A stretch of 63,785 nucleotides of DNA, counting the filler, from Octopus bimaculoides (lineage: Eukaryota): NCBI RefSeq assembly GCF_001194135.2. It is 6 parts of 6 records of this genome, joined end to end, with 100 filler letters (N's around TTAATTAATTAA, not from the genome) between each part and the next. Parts side by side here need not be neighbours in the genome. Positions count along the whole stretch, not along the records: positions 61,213 to 63,785 come from NC_068987.1; 5 more parts are not named here. The stretch is one strand, 5' to 3'. The translations under genes and the position numbers were made by a program. Within the stretch, counting starts at the first letter, position 1. Each line of letters opens with the position of its first letter. Below, in pieces: positions 62,874 through 63,785 of this stretch. The notes under the pieces are model-generated. The model saw only the letters and a program-made list of their open reading frames with translations. It was not told where the DNA came from and did not search any database.

Positions 62874-63560
62874 CTCGTAATCTTCAACTCTGTCTCTGCT
62901 GATGTTTTTGATACTTTCCTGATTATTCTGATCGTGCCAAGGAAGCAAACCTTTTGTAACAGTTCTATTGGGTACTCTATTCCGATTTCCGTAATACTCC
63001 TCTTGATGCCTTCTGATACTGTTCCTATGGACCCAACAATAATTGGTACTATCTTCACTTTGTTCATTGTCCAAAGCCGGACTATTTCGTACCTAAGAGG
63101 GTGGTATTTATATATTTCTTCGCCTTCTATTTCTGGGTCAAAAGGGTGCGCAACATCAACTATATAGTACATGTGTTGCATCTTGTCGACCACAACTTGG
63201 TCCGATCTGTTATGCTCTAGCAACTAATCTGTCTGGATTGAAAAATCCTGGAGGATTTTGGTAGTCTCTGTCCCTCTCTGTAGTTTGAGCTCATACCACG
63301 TTTTGTTTCTCTCTAACCCCCACTTTTCACACAGTTTCCAGTGTAGCACTTTCGCTACCTTATCGTGTCGTCACAACTTGCAGTGGTTTTGGGCAAGTCT
63401 ACGGCATTCGTTTGTGATATGGGCAATGGTTTCGTCCACTCTGTTACAGATGTGGCATAGTGGATACATTTACTCATTCCTAAGGTTGACCCTCCGATTT
63501 GTGGCCAAAGCTGCCAGTATAGTGCTCTAAGTCTCTTTTTTCAGAGTTCCTTTCTTTAGC
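62867..63560 (-). mobile_element. R4/Dong-clade LINE fragment (CCHC knuckle, RHD, RLE)
   Basis: PLCHICNRVDETIAHITNEC..RHDKVAKVLHWKLC, then HNRSDQVVVDK..IVDVAHPFD..KYHPLRYEIVRLW..VPIIVGSIG..LQKVCFLGT. Flanked by (CAT)/(TAT) and (TAT)n tracts. Confidence 0.92.
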
Positions 63561-63577
63561 TAATCCCATTATTATTA

Positions 63578-63644
<67 letters not shown>

Positions 63645-63645
<1 letters not shown>

Positions 63646-63785
63646 GAGTGAGAGAGCAGTGCATGCCATCAAAGTGACACTGGAGTAAAATATACGAAGC
63701 CCATTATACCCATCATGACTACCCGTCTGATAAGGGTACGCCAGGCACATGCATCACCACAATATGCGCGCGACATATTGATCTC
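63645..63785 (-). mobile_element. Probable 3' UTR of another non-LTR element ending in an (AAT)n tail
   Basis: Non-repetitive GC-richer sequence directly abuts (TAT)n at 63570-63644. The classification rests on recall of an octopus repeat. Confidence 0.5.

Noticed and set aside
2386-63074. Many ORF-track entries (poly-X, YIYI, MYVC, HTHT, poly-E/D/S/T)
   Set aside because: They are read-through of N gaps or microsatellites.

Overview
AT-rich, microsatellite-dense eukaryotic scaffold with many N gaps. The SINE/LINE repertoire and the TTAATTAATTAA gap spacers suggest an octopus genome, probably Octopus bimaculoides (inference from recall, not a search). Most of the window is intronic or intergenic DNA packed with decayed transposons: CR1, RTE, R4/Dong, CRE, L1/Tx1, Penelope-like/GIY-YIG, mariner, MITEs and tRNA-derived SINEs. 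Two host genes are visible. One is a minus-strand gene whose five small exons (37329 to 22716) splice in frame and are missed by the ORF track. The other is a plus-strand exon (59344-59708) with AT-hook-like motifs. The most notable observations are: (1) a degenerate type I hammerhead-ribozyme fold inside a ~350-bp direct/inverted repeat unit at 1.0-1.5 kb (retrozyme or Penelope pLTR-like); (2) an ORF1-only, HAL1-like L1/Tx1 derivative with a 13-bp TSD, whose empty site survives in the other arm of a ~2-kb inverted duplication; (3) a Tx1-like LINE whose RT domain is deleted in frame; (4) R4/Dong elements sitting in (TAA)n tracts; (5) YRDD-type (Naiad-like) Penelope remnants. No rRNA, tRNA gene or CRISPR array was found. 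All translations and alignments were done by eye.
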